This document shows, one piece after another, positions 31,993 through 43,300 of a stretch of DNA of 50,752 nucleotides. Both the position numbers and the translations under genes were made by a program. This DNA comes from a virus (Duplodnaviria > Heunggongvirae > Uroviricota > Caudoviricetes), in IMG/VR virus record IMGVR_UViG_2579778748_000002, one strand, 5' to 3'. The stretch's first letter is position 1, and each line of letters opens with the position of its first letter. Below the pieces are notes generated by a model. The model was given only the letters and a program-made list of their open reading frames with translations. It ran no database searches and was not told where the DNA came from.

Positions 31993-32391
31993 ATGACGAA
32001 AGATGAACTGATTGCCCGTCTTCAGGAGCTGGGTGAGCAACTGAACCGCGATGTCAGTTTGACGGGAACGAAAGAAGAACTGGCGCTTCGTGTGGCAGAG
32101 CTGGAAGAAGAGCTTGATGACACGGATGAAACTGCCGGTCAGGACACCCCTCTCAGCCGGGAAAATGTGCTGACCGGGCATGAAAATGAGGTGGTATCAG
32201 CGCAGCCGGATACCGTGATTCAGGATACGGCTGAACTGGTCACGGTCGTGGCACTGGTGACGCTGCATACTGATGCGCTTCACGCCACGCGGGATAAACC
32301 TGTGGCATTTGTGCTGCCGGGAACGGCGTTTCGTGTCTCTGCCGGTGTGGCAGCCGAAATGACAGAACGTGGCCTGGCCAGAATGCAATAA
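31993..32391 (+). CDS. FI: DNA-packaging protein FI
   Basis: 132 aa from MTKDELIARL...; matches recalled lambda FI. Confidence 0.93.
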   Translation: MTKDELIARLQELGEQLNRDVSLTGTKEELALRVAELEEELDDTDETAGQDTPLSRENVLTGHENEVVSAQPDTVIQDTAELVTVVALVTLHTDALHATRDKPVAFVLPGTAFRVSAGVAAEMTERGLARMQ

Positions 32392-32402
32392 CGGGAGGCG
32401 CT

Positions 32403-32756
32403 GTGGCTGATTTCGATAACCTGTTCGATGCTGCCATTGCCCGCGCTGATGAAACGATACGCGGGTACATGGGAACGTCAGCCACCATTACATCCGGTGA
32501 GCAGTCCGGTGCGGTGATACGTGGTGTTTTTGATGACCCTGAAAATATCAGCTATGCCGGACAGGGCGTGCGCGTTGAAGGCTCCAGCCCGTCCCTGTTT
32601 GTCCGGACTGATGATGTGCGGCAGCTGCGGCGTGGAGACACGCTGATCATCGGTGAGGAAAACTTCTGGGTAGATCGGGTTACGCCGGATGATGGCGGAA
32701 GCTGTCATCTCTGGCTTGGGCGGGGCGTACCGCCTGCCGTTAACCGTCGCCGCTGA
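32403..32756 (+). CDS. FII: Head completion protein FII
   Basis: 117 aa MADFDNLFDAAIARADETIRGYMGTSATITSGEQSGAVIRGVFDDPENIS... Confidence 0.95.
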   Translation: MADFDNLFDAAIARADETIRGYMGTSATITSGEQSGAVIRGVFDDPENISYAGQGVRVEGSSPSLFVRTDDVRQLRRGDTLIIGEENFWVDRVTPDDGGSCHLWLGRGVPPAVNRRR

Positions 32757-32767
32757 AAGGGGGATGT

Positions 32768-33346
32768 ATGGCCATAAAAGGTCTTGAGCAGGCCGTTGAA
32801 AACCTCAGCCGTATCAGCAAAACGGCGGTGCCTGGTGCCGCCGCAATGGCCATTAACCGCGTTGCTTCATCCGCGATATCGCAGTCTGCGTCACAGGTTG
32901 CCCGTGAGACAAAGGTACGCCGGAAACTGGTAAAGGAAAGGGCCAGGCTGAAAAGGGCCACGGTCAAAAATCCGCAGGCCAGAATCAGGGTTAACCGGGG
33001 GGATTTGCCCGTAATCAGGCTGGGTAATGCGCGGGTTGTCCTGTCCCGCCGCAGGCGTCGTAAAAAGGGGCAGCGTTCATCCCTGAAAGGTGGCGGCAGC
33101 GTGCTTGTGGTGGGAAACCGTCGTATTCCCGGCGCGTTTATTCAGCAACTGAAAAATGGCCGGTGGCATGTCATGCAGCGTGTGGCCGGGAAAAACCGTT
33201 ACCCCATTGATGTGGTGAAAATCCCGATGGCGGTGCCGCTGACCACGGCGTTTAAACAGAATATTGAGCGGATACGGCGTGAGCGTCTTCCGAAAGAGCT
33301 GGGCTATGCGCTGCAGCATCAACTGAGAATGGTAATAAAGCGATGA
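32768..33346 (+). CDS. Z: Tail completion protein Z
   Basis: 192 aa MAIKGLEQAVENLSRISKTAVPGAAAMAINRVASSAISQSASQ... Confidence 0.95.
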   Translation: MAIKGLEQAVENLSRISKTAVPGAAAMAINRVASSAISQSASQVARETKVRRKLVKERARLKRATVKNPQARIRVNRGDLPVIRLGNARVVLSRRRRRKKGQRSSLKGGGSVLVVGNRRIPGAFIQQLKNGRWHVMQRVAGKNRYPIDVVKIPMAVPLTTAFKQNIERIRRERLPKELGYALQHQLRMVIKR

Positions 33347-33738
33347 AACATACTGAACTCCGTGCAGCCGTACTGGATGCACTGGAGAAGCATGACACCG
33401 GGGCGACGCTTTTTGATGGTCGCCCCGCTGTTTTTGATGAGGCGGATTTTCCGGCAGTTGCCGTTTATCTCACCGGCGCTGAATACACGGGCGAAGAGCT
33501 GGACAGCGATACCTGGCAGGCGGAGCTGCATATCGAAGTTTTCCTGCCTGCTCAGGTGCCGGATTCAGAGCTGGATGCGTGGATGGAGTCCCGGATTTAT
33601 CCGGTGATGAGCGATATCCCGGCACTGTCAGATTTGATCACCAGTATGGTGGCCAGTGGCTATGACTACCGGCGCGACGATGATGCGGGCCTGTGGAGTT
33701 CAGCCGATCTGACTTATGTCATTACCTATGAAATGTGA
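33343..33738 (+). CDS. U: Tail terminator protein U
   Basis: 131 aa [50 protein letters not shown]... Confidence 0.95.
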   Translation: MKHTELRAAVLDALEKHDTGATLFDGRPAVFDEADFPAVAVYLTGAEYTGEELDSDTWQAELHIEVFLPAQVPDSELDAWMESRIYPVMSDIPALSDLITSMVASGYDYRRDDDAGLWSSADLTYVITYEM

Positions 33739-33745
33739 GGACGAT

Positions 33746-34486
33746 ATGCCAACACCAAATCCTCTGGCACCGGTGAAAGGGGCCGGGACCACACTGTGGG
33801 TTTATAAGGGGAACGGTGACCCTTATGCGAACCCGCTTTCAGACGTTGACTGGTCGCGTCTGGCAAAAGTTAAAGACCTGACACCCGGCGAACTGACCGC
33901 TGAGTCCTATGACGACAGCTATCTCGATGATGAAGATGCGGACTGGACTGCGACCGGGCAGGGGCAGAAATCTGCCGGAGATACCAGCTTCACGCTGGCG
34001 TGGATGCCCGGAGAGCAGGGGCAGCAGGCGCTGCTGGCGTGGTTTAATGAAGGTGATACCCGTGCCTATAAAATCCGCTTTCCTAACGGCACGGTCGATG
34101 TGTTCCGTGGCTGGGTCAGCAGTATCGGTAAAGCGGTGACGGCGAAGGAAGTGATCACCCGCACGGTGAAGGTCACCAATGTGGGACGCCCGTCGATGGC
34201 TGAAGATCGCAGTACGGTGACGGCGGCAACCGGCATGACGGTAACGCCAGCCAGTGCGTCCGTAGTGAAAGGACAGAGCACCACGCTGACCGTGGCATTC
34301 CAGCCGGAAGGCGTAACCGACAAGAGCTTCCGTGCGGTGTCTTCGGATAAAACAAAAGCCACCGTGTCGGTCAGTGGTATGACCATCACCGTGAACGGCG
34401 TTGCTGCAGGCAAGGTCAACATTCCGGTCGTATCCGGTAATGGTGAGTTTGCTGCGGTTGCAGAAATCACCGTCACCGCCAGTTAA
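33746..34486 (+). CDS. V: Major tail tube protein V (C-terminal Big-like domain)
   Basis: 246 aa from [22 protein letters not shown]... Confidence 0.95.
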   Translation: MPTPNPLAPVKGAGTTLWVYKGNGDPYANPLSDVDWSRLAKVKDLTPGELTAESYDDSYLDDEDADWTATGQGQKSAGDTSFTLAWMPGEQGQQALLAWFNEGDTRAYKIRFPNGTVDVFRGWVSSIGKAVTAKEVITRTVKVTNVGRPSMAEDRSTVTAATGMTVTPASASVVKGQSTTLTVAFQPEGVTDKSFRAVSSDKTKATVSVSGMTITVNGVAAGKVNIPVVSGNGEFAAVAEITVTAS

Positions 34487-34501
34487 TCCGGAGAGTCAGC
34501 G

Positions 34502-34915
34502 ATGTTCCTGAAAACCGAATCATTTGAATATAACGGCGTGACCGTCACGCTTTCTGAACTGTCAGCCCTGCAGCGTATTGAGCATCTCGCTCTGATGAAA
34601 CAGCAGGCAGAATCCGACAGCAACCGGAAGTTTACTGTGGAAGACGTCATCAGAACCGGCGCTTTTGTGGTGGCGATGTCCCTGTGGCATAACCATCCGC
34701 AGAAGACGCAGATGCCGTCCATGAATGAAGCCGTTAAACAGATTGAGCAGGAAGTGCTTACCACCTGGCCCACAGAGGCAATTTCTCATGCTGAAAACGT
34801 GGTGTACCGGCTGTCCGGAATGTATGAGTTTGTGGTGAATAATGCCCCTGAACAGGCAGATGACGCCGGGCCTGCAGAGCCTGTTTCTGCGGGAAAGTGT
34901 TCGACGGTGAGCTGA
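34502..34915 (+). CDS. G: Tail assembly chaperone G
   Basis: 137 aa MFLKTESFEYNGVTVTLSELSALQRIEHLALMKQQAESDSNRKFTVEDV... Confidence 0.95.
   Translation: MFLKTESFEYNGVTVTLSELSALQRIEHLALMKQQAESDSNRKFTVEDVIRTGAFVVAMSLWHNHPQKTQMPSMNEAVKQIEQEVLTTWPTEAISHAENVVYRLSGMYEFVVNNAPEQADDAGPAEPVSAGKCSTVS
34891..34897 (+). promoter_or_regulatory. Programmed -1 ribosomal frameshift slippery heptamer GGGAAAG (G to GT fusion)
   Basis: Conserved slippery sequence at the 3' end of G where the T frame opens. Confidence 0.85.
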
Positions 34916-35331
34916 GTTTTGCCCTGAAACTGGCGCGAGAGATGGGGCGACCCGACTGGCGCGCCATGCTTGCCGGGATGTCATCCACGGAGTATGCCGA
35001 CTGGCACCGCTTTTACAGTACCCATTATTTTCATGATGTTCTGCTGGATATGCATTTTTCCGGGCTGACGTACACCGTGCTCAGCCTGTTTTTCAGCGAT
35101 CCGGATATGCATCCGCTGGATTTCAGTCTGCTGAACCGGCGTGAGGCTGGCGAAGAGCCTGAAGATGATGTGCTGATGCAGAAAGCGGCAGGGCTTGCCG
35201 GAGGCGTTCGTTTTGGCCCGGACGGGAATGAAGTTATCCCCGCTTCCCCGTATGTGGCGGACATGACGGAGGATGACGTAATGCTGATGACAGTATCAGA
35301 AGGGATCGCAGGAGGAGTCCGGTATGGCTGA
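34897..35331 (+). CDS. T: T segment of tail assembly chaperone GT (expressed by -1 frameshift from G)
   Basis: 435-nt ORF in the -1 frame overlapping the end of G and start of H, same length as recalled lambda T. Confidence 0.9.
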   Translation: MFDGELSFALKLAREMGRPDWRAMLAGMSSTEYADWHRFYSTHYFHDVLLDMHFSGLTYTVLSLFFSDPDMHPLDFSLLNRREAGEEPEDDVLMQKAAGLAGGVRFGPDGNEVIPASPYVADMTEDDVMLMTVSEGIAGGVRYG

Positions 35332-37903
35332 ACCGGTAGGCGATCTGGTCGTTGATTTAAGTCTGGATGCGGCCAGATTTGACGAGCAGATGGCCAGAGT
35401 CAGGCGTCATTTTTCCGGTACGGAAAGTGATGCGAAAAAAACAGCGGCAGTCGTTGAACAGTCAATAAACCGGCAGGCGCTGGCTGCACAGAAAGCGGGG
35501 ATTTCCGTCGGGCAGTATAAAGCTGCCATGCGTATGCTGCCTGCGCAGTTCACCGACGTGGCCACGCAGCTTGCAGGGGGGCAGAATCCGTGGCTCATCC
35601 TGCTGCAACAGGGTGGTCAGGTGAAGGACTCCTTCGGCGGGATGATCCCCATGTTCAGGGGGCTTGCCGGTGCGATCACCCTGCCGATGGTTGGTATCAC
35701 TTCGCTGGCGGTGGCGACCGGTGCGCTGGCGTATGCCTGGTATCAGGGTGACTCAACCCTGTCCAATTTCAATAAAACGCTGGTCCTTTCCGGTAATCAG
35801 GCGGGACTGACGGCAGATCGTATGCTGGCCCTGTCCAGATCCGGGCAGGCGGCAGGGCTGACGTTTAACCAGACCAGCGAGTCACTGACGGCGCTGGTGA
35901 ATGCCGGTGTGCGTGGTGGTGAGCAGTTTGAGGCAATCAGCCAGAGTGTGGCGCGTTTCTCCTCTGCATCCGGTGTGGAGGTGGACAAGGTCGCTGAAGC
36001 CTTCGGGAAGCTGACCACTGACCCGACGTCGGGGCTGACGGCGATGGCGCGCCAGTTCCATAACGTGACGGCGGAGCAGATTGCGTATGTTGCTCAGTTG
36101 CAGCGTTCCGGCGATGGGGCCGGGGCATTGCAGGCGGCGAACGAGGCCGCAACGAAAGGGTTTGATGACCAGACCCGTAAACTGAAAGATAACATGGGTA
36201 CGCTGGAGACCTGGGCAGACAAGACTGCACAGGCATTCAAATCCATGTGGGATGCGGTGCTGGATATTGGCCGCCCGGACTCCTCTGCAGATATGCTCGC
36301 CAAAGCTGAAAAGGCTTTTGATGAAGCGGATAAAAAATGGCAGTGGTATCAGAGCCGAAGCCACCGGCGCGGTAAAACGTCAGCATTTCTTGCCAATCTC
36401 CGGGGGGCATGGGAGAAGAGAGAGAATGCGCGACTTGGGCTTTCAGCCGCCACGTTGCAGGCAGATCTTGAAAAGGCCAGTGAGATGGCAGCAAAAGATC
36501 GGGCCGAGTCTGAGGCATCACGGCTGAAATATACCGAAGAGGCGCAGAAGGCTTACGAACGGCTGCAGACGCCGCTGGAGAAATATACCGCCCGTCAGGA
36601 AGAACTGAACAAGGCACTGAAAGACGGGAAAATCCTGCAGGCGGATTACAACACGCTGATGGCGGCGGCGAAAAAGGATTATGAAGCGACGCTGAAAAAG
36701 CCGAAACAGTCCGGCGTGAAGGTGTCTGCGGGCGATCGTCAGGAAGACAGTGCTCATGCTGCCCTGCTGACGCTTCAGGCAGAACTCCGGACGCTGGAGA
36801 AGCATGCCGGAGCAAATGAGAAAATCAGCCAGCAGCGCCGGGATTTGTGGAAGGCGGAGAGTCAGTTCGCGGTACTGGAGGAGGCGGCGCAACGTCGCCA
36901 GCTGTCTGCACAGGAGAAATCCCTGCTGGCGCATAAAGATGAGACGCTGGAGTACAAACGCCAGCTGGCTGCACTTGGCGACAAGGTTACGTATCAGGAG
37001 CGCCTGAACGCGCTGGCGCAGCAGGCGGATAAATTCGCACAGCAGCAACGGGCAAAACGGGCCGCCATTGATGCGAAAAGCCGGGGGCTGACTGACCGGC
37101 AGGCAGAACGGGAAGCCACGGAACAGCGCCTGAAGGAACAGTATGGCGATAATCCGCTGGCGCTGAATAACGTCATGTCAGAGCAGAAAAAGACCTGGGC
37201 GGCTGAAGACCAGCTTCGCGGGAACTGGATGGCAGGCCTGAAGTCCGGCTGGAGTGAGTGGGAAGAGAGCGCCACGGACAGTATGTCGCAGGTTAAAAGT
37301 GCAGCCACGCAGACCTTTGATGGTATTGCACAGAATATGGCGGCGATGCTGACCGGCAGTGAACAGAACTGGCGCAGCTTCACCCGATCCGTGCTGTCCA
37401 TGATGACAGAAATTTTGCTTAAGCAGGCAATGGTGGGGATTGTCGGGAGTATCGGCAGCGCCATTGGCGGGGCTGTTGGTGGCGGCGCATCCGCGTCAGG
37501 CGGTACAGCCATTCAGGCCGCTGCGGCGAAATTCCATTTTGCAACCGGAGGATTCACAGGAACCGGCGGCAAATATGAGCCAGCGGGGATTGTTCACCGT
37601 GGTGAATTTGTCTTCACGAAGGAGGCAACCAGCCGGATTGGCGTGGGGAATCTCTACCGGCTGATGCGCGGCTATGCCACCGGTGGTTATGTCGGTACAC
37701 CGGGCAGTCTGGCTGACAGCCGGTCGCAGGCGTCCGGGACGTTTGAGCAGAATAACCATGTGGTGATTAACAACGACGGCACGAACGGGCAGATAGGTCC
37801 GGCTGCTCTGAAGGCGGTGTATGACATGGCCCGCAAGGGTGCCCGTGATGAAATTCAGACACAGATGCGTGATGGTGGCCTGTTCTCCGGAGGTGGACGA
37901 TGA
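35324..37903 (+). CDS. H: Tail tape measure protein H
   Basis: 859 aa MAEPVGDLVVDLSLDAARFDEQMARVRRHFSGTESDAKK... Confidence 0.95.
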   Translation: MAEPVGDLVVDLSLDAARFDEQMARVRRHFSGTESDAKKTAAVVEQSINRQALAAQKAGISVGQYKAAMRMLPAQFTDVATQLAGGQNPWLILLQQGGQVKDSFGGMIPMFRGLAGAITLPMVGITSLAVATGALAYAWYQGDSTLSNFNKTLVLSGNQAGLTADRMLALSRSGQAAGLTFNQTSESLTALVNAGVRGGEQFEAISQSVARFSSASGVEVDKVAEAFGKLTTDPTSGLTAMARQFHNVTAEQIAYVAQLQRSGDGAGALQAANEAATKGFDDQTRKLKDNMGTLETWADKTAQAFKSMWDAVLDIGRPDSSADMLAKAEKAFDEADKKWQWYQSRSHRRGKTSAFLANLRGAWEKRENARLGLSAATLQADLEKASEMAAKDRAESEASRLKYTEEAQKAYERLQTPLEKYTARQEELNKALKDGKILQADYNTLMAAAKKDYEATLKKPKQSGVKVSAGDRQEDSAHAALLTLQAELRTLEKHAGANEKISQQRRDLWKAESQFAVLEEAAQRRQLSAQEKSLLAHKDETLEYKRQLAALGDKVTYQERLNALAQQADKFAQQQRAKRAAIDAKSRGLTDRQAEREATEQRLKEQYGDNPLALNNVMSEQKKTWAAEDQLRGNWMAGLKSGWSEWEESATDSMSQVKSAATQTFDGIAQNMAAMLTGSEQNWRSFTRSVLSMMTEILLKQAMVGIVGSIGSAIGGAVGGGASASGGTAIQAAAAKFHFATGGFTGTGGKYEPAGIVHRGEFVFTKEATSRIGVGNLYRLMRGYATGGYVGTPGSLADSRSQASGTFEQNNHVVINNDGTNGQIGPAALKAVYDMARKGARDEIQTQMRDGGLFSGGGR

Positions 37904-38229
37904 AAACCTTCCGCTGGAAAGTGAAACCCGGTATGGATGTGGCTTCGGCCCCTTCTGTAAGAAAGGTGCGCTTTGGTGATGGCTATTCCCAGCGAGCGCC
38001 TGCCGGGCTGAATGCCAACCTGAAAACGTACAGCGTGACGCTTTCTGTCCCCCGTGAGGAGGCCATGGTACTGGAGTCGTTTCTGGAAGAGCACGGGGGC
38101 TGGAAATCCTTTCTGTGGACGCCGCCTTATGAGTGGCGGCAGATAAAGGTGACCTGCGCAAAATGGTCGTCGCGGGTCAGTATGCTGCGTGTTGAGTTCA
38201 GCGCAGAGTTTGAACAGGTGGTGAACTGA
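37900..38229 (+). CDS. M: Tail tip protein M
   Basis: 109 aa MKTFRWKVKPGMDVASAPSVRKVRFGDGYSQRAPAGLNANLKTYSVTLSVPREEA... Confidence 0.95.
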   Translation: MKTFRWKVKPGMDVASAPSVRKVRFGDGYSQRAPAGLNANLKTYSVTLSVPREEAMVLESFLEEHGGWKSFLWTPPYEWRQIKVTCAKWSSRVSMLRVEFSAEFEQVVN

Positions 38230-38927
38230 TGCAGGATATCCGGCAGGAAACACTGAATGAATGCACCCGTGCGGAGCAGTCGGCCAGCTTGGTGCTCTGG
38301 GAAATCGACCTGACAGAGGTCGGTGGAGAACGTTATTTTTTCTGTAATGAGCAGAACGAAAAAGGTGAGCCGGTCACCTGGCAGGGGCGACAGTATCAGC
38401 CGTATCCCATTCAGGGGAGCGGTTTTGAACTGAATGGCAAAGGCACCAGTACGCGCCCCACGCTGACGGTTTCTAACCTGTACGGTATGGTCACCGGGAT
38501 GGCGGAAGACCTGCAGAGTCTGGTCGGCGGAACGGTGGTCAGGCGTAAGGTTTACGCCCGTTTTCTGGATGCGGTGAACTTCGTCAACGGAAACAGTGAC
38601 GCCGATCCGGAGCAGGAGGTGATCAGCCGCTGGCGTATTGAGCAGTGCAGCGAACTGAGCGCGGTCAGTGCCTCCTTTGTACTGTCCACGCCGACGGAAA
38701 CGGACGGCGCTGTTTTTCCGGGGCGCATCATGCTTGCTAATACCTGCACCTGGACCTATCGCGGTGATGAGTGCGGTTATCACGGTCCGGCGGTCGCGGA
38801 TGAATATGACCAGCCGACGTCCGATATCACGAAGGATAAATGCAGCAAATGCCTGAGCGGCTGTAAGTTTCGCAATAACGTCGGCAACTTTGGCGGCTTC
38901 CTTTCCATTAACAAACTTTCGCAGTAA
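38229..38927 (+). CDS. L: Tail tip protein L
   Basis: 232 aa MQDIRQETLNECTRAEQSASLVLWEIDLTEVGGERYFFCNEQNEKGEPVTWQG... Confidence 0.95.
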   Translation: MQDIRQETLNECTRAEQSASLVLWEIDLTEVGGERYFFCNEQNEKGEPVTWQGRQYQPYPIQGSGFELNGKGTSTRPTLTVSNLYGMVTGMAEDLQSLVGGTVVRRKVYARFLDAVNFVNGNSDADPEQEVISRWRIEQCSELSAVSASFVLSTPTETDGAVFPGRIMLANTCTWTYRGDECGYHGPAVADEYDQPTSDITKDKCSKCLSGCKFRNNVGNFGGFLSINKLSQ

Positions 38928-38931
38928 TCCC

Positions 38932-39675
38932 ATGACACAGACAGAATCAGCGATTCTGGCGCACGCCCGGCGATGTGCGCCAGCGGAGTCGTGCGGCTTC
39001 GTGGTAAGCACGCCGGAGGGGGAAAGATATTTCCCCTGCGTGAATATCTCCGGTGAGCCGGAGGCGTATTTCCGTATGTCGCCGGAAGACTGGCTGCAGG
39101 CAGAAATGCAGGGTGAGATTGTGGCGCTGGTCCACAGCCACCCCGGTGGTCTGCCCTGGCTGAGTGAGGCCGACCGGCGGCTGCAGGTGCAGAGTGATTT
39201 GCCGTGGTGGCTGGTCTGCCGGGGGACGATTCATAAGTTCCGCTGTGTGCCGCATCTTACCGGGCGGCGCTTTGAGCACGGTGTGACGGACTGTTACACC
39301 CTGTTCCGGGATGCTTATCATCTGGCGGGGATTGAGATGCCGGACTTTCATCGTGAGGATGACTGGTGGCGTAACGGCCAGAATCTCTATCTGGATAATC
39401 TGGAGGCGACGGGGCTGTATCAGGTGCCGTTGTCAGCGGCACAGCCGGGCGATGTGCTGCTGTGCTGTTTTGGTTCATCGGTGCCGAATCACGCCGCAAT
39501 TTACTGCGGCGACGGCGAGCTGCTGCACCATATTCCTGAACAACTGAGCAAACGAGAGAGGTACACCGACAAATGGCAGCGACGCACACACTCCCTCTGG
39601 CGTCACCGGGCATGGCGCGCATCTGCCTTTACGGGAATTTACAACGATTTGGTCGCCGCATCGACCTTCGTGTGA
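38932..39675 (+). CDS. K: Tail tip assembly protein K (MPN/JAMM-like N-terminal domain plus NlpC/P60-like C-terminal domain); conventional lambda start would be the internal ATG at 39076
   Basis: ATG 5 nt after L stop opens a 247-aa frame containing a JAMM-like HSHPGG...S..D motif; the recalled 199-aa lambda annotation starts 144 nt downstream. Confidence 0.7.
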   Translation: MTQTESAILAHARRCAPAESCGFVVSTPEGERYFPCVNISGEPEAYFRMSPEDWLQAEMQGEIVALVHSHPGGLPWLSEADRRLQVQSDLPWWLVCRGTIHKFRCVPHLTGRRFEHGVTDCYTLFRDAYHLAGIEMPDFHREDDWWRNGQNLYLDNLEATGLYQVPLSAAQPGDVLLCCFGSSVPNHAAIYCGDGELLHHIPEQLSKRERYTDKWQRRTHSLWRHRAWRASAFTGIYNDLVAASTFV

Positions 39676-40244
39676 AAACGGGGGCTGAAGCCATCCGGGC
39701 ACTGGCCACACAGCTCCCGGCGTTTCGTCAGAAACTGAGCGACGGCTGGTATCAGGTACGGATTGCCGGGCGGGACGTCAGCACGTCCGGGTTAACGGCG
39801 CAGTTACATGAGACTCTGCCTGATGGCGCTGTGATTCATATTGTTCCCAGAGTCGCCGGGGCCAAGTCAGGTGGCGTATTCCAGATTGTCCTGGGGGCTG
39901 CCGCCATTGCCGGATCATTCTTTACCGCCGGAGCCACCCTTGCAGCATGGGGGGCAGCCATTGGGGCCGGTGGTATGACCGGCATCCTGTTTTCTCTCGG
40001 TGCCAGTATGGTGCTCGGTGGTGTGGCGCAGATGCTGGCACCGAAAGCCAGAACTCCCCGTACACAGACAACGGATAACGGTAAGCAGAACACCTATTTC
40101 TCCTCACTGGATAACATGGTTGCCCAGGGCAATGTTCTGCCTGTTCTGTACGGGGAAATGCGCGTGGGGTCACGCGTGGTTTCTCAGGAGATCAGCACGG
40201 CAGACGAGGGGGACGGTGGTCAGGTTGTGGTGATTGGTCGTTGA
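39573..40244 (+). CDS. I: Tail tip assembly protein I
   Basis: 223 aa MAATHTLPLASPGMARICLYGNLQRFGRRIDLRVKTGAEAIRALATQLPA... Confidence 0.95.
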   Translation: MAATHTLPLASPGMARICLYGNLQRFGRRIDLRVKTGAEAIRALATQLPAFRQKLSDGWYQVRIAGRDVSTSGLTAQLHETLPDGAVIHIVPRVAGAKSGGVFQIVLGAAAIAGSFFTAGATLAAWGAAIGAGGMTGILFSLGASMVLGGVAQMLAPKARTPRTQTTDNGKQNTYFSSLDNMVAQGNVLPVLYGEMRVGSRVVSQEISTADEGDGGQVVVIGR

Positions 40245-40304
40245 TGAAAAACGTTTTATGTGAAACCGCCTCAGGGCGGTTTTGTCGTTTCTGGAGCGTG
40301 AGGA

Positions 40305-43300
40305 ATGGGTAAAGGCAGCAGTAAGGGGCATACCCCGCGCGAAGCGAAGGACAACCTGAAGTCCACGCAGATGCTGAGTGTGATAGACGCCATCAGTGAA
40401 GGGCCGATTGAAGGTCCGGTGGACGGATTAAAAAGTGTGCTGCTGAACAGTACGCCAGTGCTGGACAGTGAGGGGAATACCAATATCTCCGGTGTCACGG
40501 TGGTTTTCCGGGCAGGTGAGCAGGAGCAGACACCGCCGGAGGGATTTGAATCCTCCGGCTCCGAGACGGTGCTGGGTACGGAAGTGAAGTACGACACGCC
40601 GATTACCCGGACCATCACGTCTGCAAACATCGACCGTCTGCGCTTTACCTTCGGTGTGCAGGCACTGGTGGAAACCACCTCAAAGGGGGACCGGAATCCG
40701 TCGGAAGTCCGCCTGCTGGTTCAGATACAGCGTAACGGTGGCTGGGTGACGGAAAAAGACATCACCATTAAAGGCAAAACCACCTCACAGTATCTGGCAT
40801 CGGTGGTGGTGGGTAACCTGCCGCCGCGCCCGTTTAATATCCGGATGCGCAGGATGACGCCGGACAGCACCACAGACCAGCTGCAGAACAAAACGCTCTG
40901 GTCGTCATACACTGAAATCATCGATGTGAAACAGTGCTACCCGAACACGGCACTGGTCGGCGTGCAGGTGGACTCGGAACAGTTCGGCAGCCAGCAGGTG
41001 AGCCGTAATTATCATCTTCGCGGGCGCATTCTGCAGGTGCCATCGAACTATAACCCGCAGACGCGGCAATACAGCGGTATCTGGGACGGGACGTTTAAAC
41101 CGGCATACAGCAACAACATGGCCTGGTGTCTGTGGGATATGCTGACCCACCCGCGCTACGGCATGGGGAAACGTCTTGGTGCGGCGGATGTGGACAAATG
41201 GGCGCTGTATGTCATCGGCCAGTATTGCGATCAGTCAGTGCCGGATGGCTTTGGTGGTACGGAGCCGCGCATCACCTGTAATGCCTGGCTGACCACACAG
41301 CGTAAGGCGTGGGATGTGCTCAGTGATTTCTGTTCGGCGATGCGCTGTATGCCGGTATGGAACGGGCAGACGCTGACGTTCGTGCAGGACCGACCGTCGG
41401 ATAAGGTGTGGACCTATAACCACAGTAATGTGGTGATGCCGGATGATGGCGCGCCGTTCCGCTACAGCTTCAGCGCCCTGAAGGACCGCCATAATGCCGT
41501 TGAGGTGAACTGGATTGACCCGAATAACGGCTGGGAGACGGCGACAGAGCTTGTTGAAGATACGCAGGCCATTCTCCGTTACGGTCGTAACGTCACGAAG
41601 ATGGATGCCTTTGGCTGTACCAGCCGGGGGCAGGCGCACCGCGCCGGGCTGTGGCTGATTAAAACGGAACTGCTGGAAACGCAGACCGTGGACTTCAGCG
41701 TGGGTGCCGAAGGGCTTCGCCATGTACCGGGCGATGTCATTGAAATCTGTGATGATGACTATGCCGGTATCAGCATCGGTGGTCGCGTGCTGGCGGTGAA
41801 CAGCCAGACCCGGACGCTGACGCTCGACCGTGAAATCACGCTGCCATCCTCCGGTACCACGCTGATAAGCCTGGTTGACGGGCAGGGTAATCCGGTGAGC
41901 GTGGAGGTCCAGTCCGTCACCGACGGCGTGAAGGTAAAAGTGAGCCGTGTTCCTGACGGCGTTGCCGAATACAGCGTGTGGGGGCTGAAGCTGCCGATGC
42001 TGCGTCAGCGCCTGTTCCGCTGTGTGAGTATCCGTGAGAACGACGACGGCACGTATGCCATCACCGCTGTGCAGCATGTGCCGGAAAAAGAGGCCATCGT
42101 GGATAACGGGGCGCACTTTGACGGCGACCAGAGTGGCACGGTGAATGGTGTCACGCCGCCAGCGGTGCAGCACCTGACTGCCGAAGTCACCGCAGACAGC
42201 GGGGAATATCAGGTACTGGCGCGCTGGGACACGCCGAAGGTGGTGAAGGGCGTGAGCTTTATGCTTCGCCTGACCGTGGCAGCGGATGACGGCAGTGAGC
42301 GGCTGGTCAGCACGGCCCGGACGACGGAAACCACATACCGCTTCACGCAACTGGCGTTGGGAAACTACAGGCTGACAGTCCGGGCGGCAAATGCCTGGGG
42401 GCAGCAGGGCGATCCGGCGTCGGTATCGTTCCGGATTGCCGCACCGGCAGCGCCGTCGCGGATTGAGCTGACGCCGGGCTATTTTCAGATAACTGCCACG
42501 CCGCATCTTGCGGTTTATGATCCGACGGTACAGTTTGAGTTCTGGTTCTCGGAAACGCGGATTACCGATATCAGGCAGGTTGAAACCACAGCCCGCTATC
42601 TTGGCACGGCGCTGTACTGGATAGCCGCCAGTATCAATATCAAACCGGGCCGTGATTATTATTTTTACATCCGCAGTGTGAACACCGTTGGCAAATCGGC
42701 ATTTGTGGAGGCTGTTGGCCAGCCGAGTGATGATGCATCCGGCTATCTGGATTTTTTCAAAGGAGAGATAGGGAAAACCCATCTGGCTCAGGAGCTGTGG
42801 ACGCAGATTGATAACGGTCAGCTTGCGCCTGACCTGGCTGAAATCAGGACGTCCATTACGGATGTCAGCAATGAAATCACGCAGACCGTCAATAAGAAAC
42901 TGGAAGACCAGAGTGCAGCGATCCAGCAGATACAGAAGGTTCAGGTTGATACAAATAATAACCTGAACAGCATGTGGGCTGTGAAGCTGCAGCAGATGCA
43001 GGACGGACGCCTTTATATCGCGGGTATTGGTGCCGGTATTGAAAACACCCCTGACGGCATGCAGAGTCAGGTGCTGCTGGCGGCAGACAGGATTGCGATG
43101 ATTAATCCTGCGAATGGCAACACAAAGCCGATGTTTGTTGGTCAGGGCGATCAGATATTTATGAATGAAGTGTTCCTGAAATATCTGACGGCTCCCACCA
43201 TTACCAGCGGCGGTAATCCTCCGGCATTTTCCCTGACACCGGACGGGCGGCTGACGGCAAAAAATGCCGATATCAGCGGTAACGTGAATGCGAACTCCGG

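Noticed and set aside
35407..39011. Series of minus-strand ORFs (e.g. 35882-36364, 36237-36815, 36518-37048, 36994-37512, 37496-38161, 38127-39011)
   Set aside because: All antisense to the contiguous, well-supported H, M, L and K genes; no intergenic space or signals.
41235..42782. 515-aa ORF on the minus strand
   Set aside because: Lies entirely antisense within J, a well-supported GC-rich gene; long antisense ORFs arise by chance in GC-rich coding DNA; Arg/Pro-rich composition typical of such artefacts.
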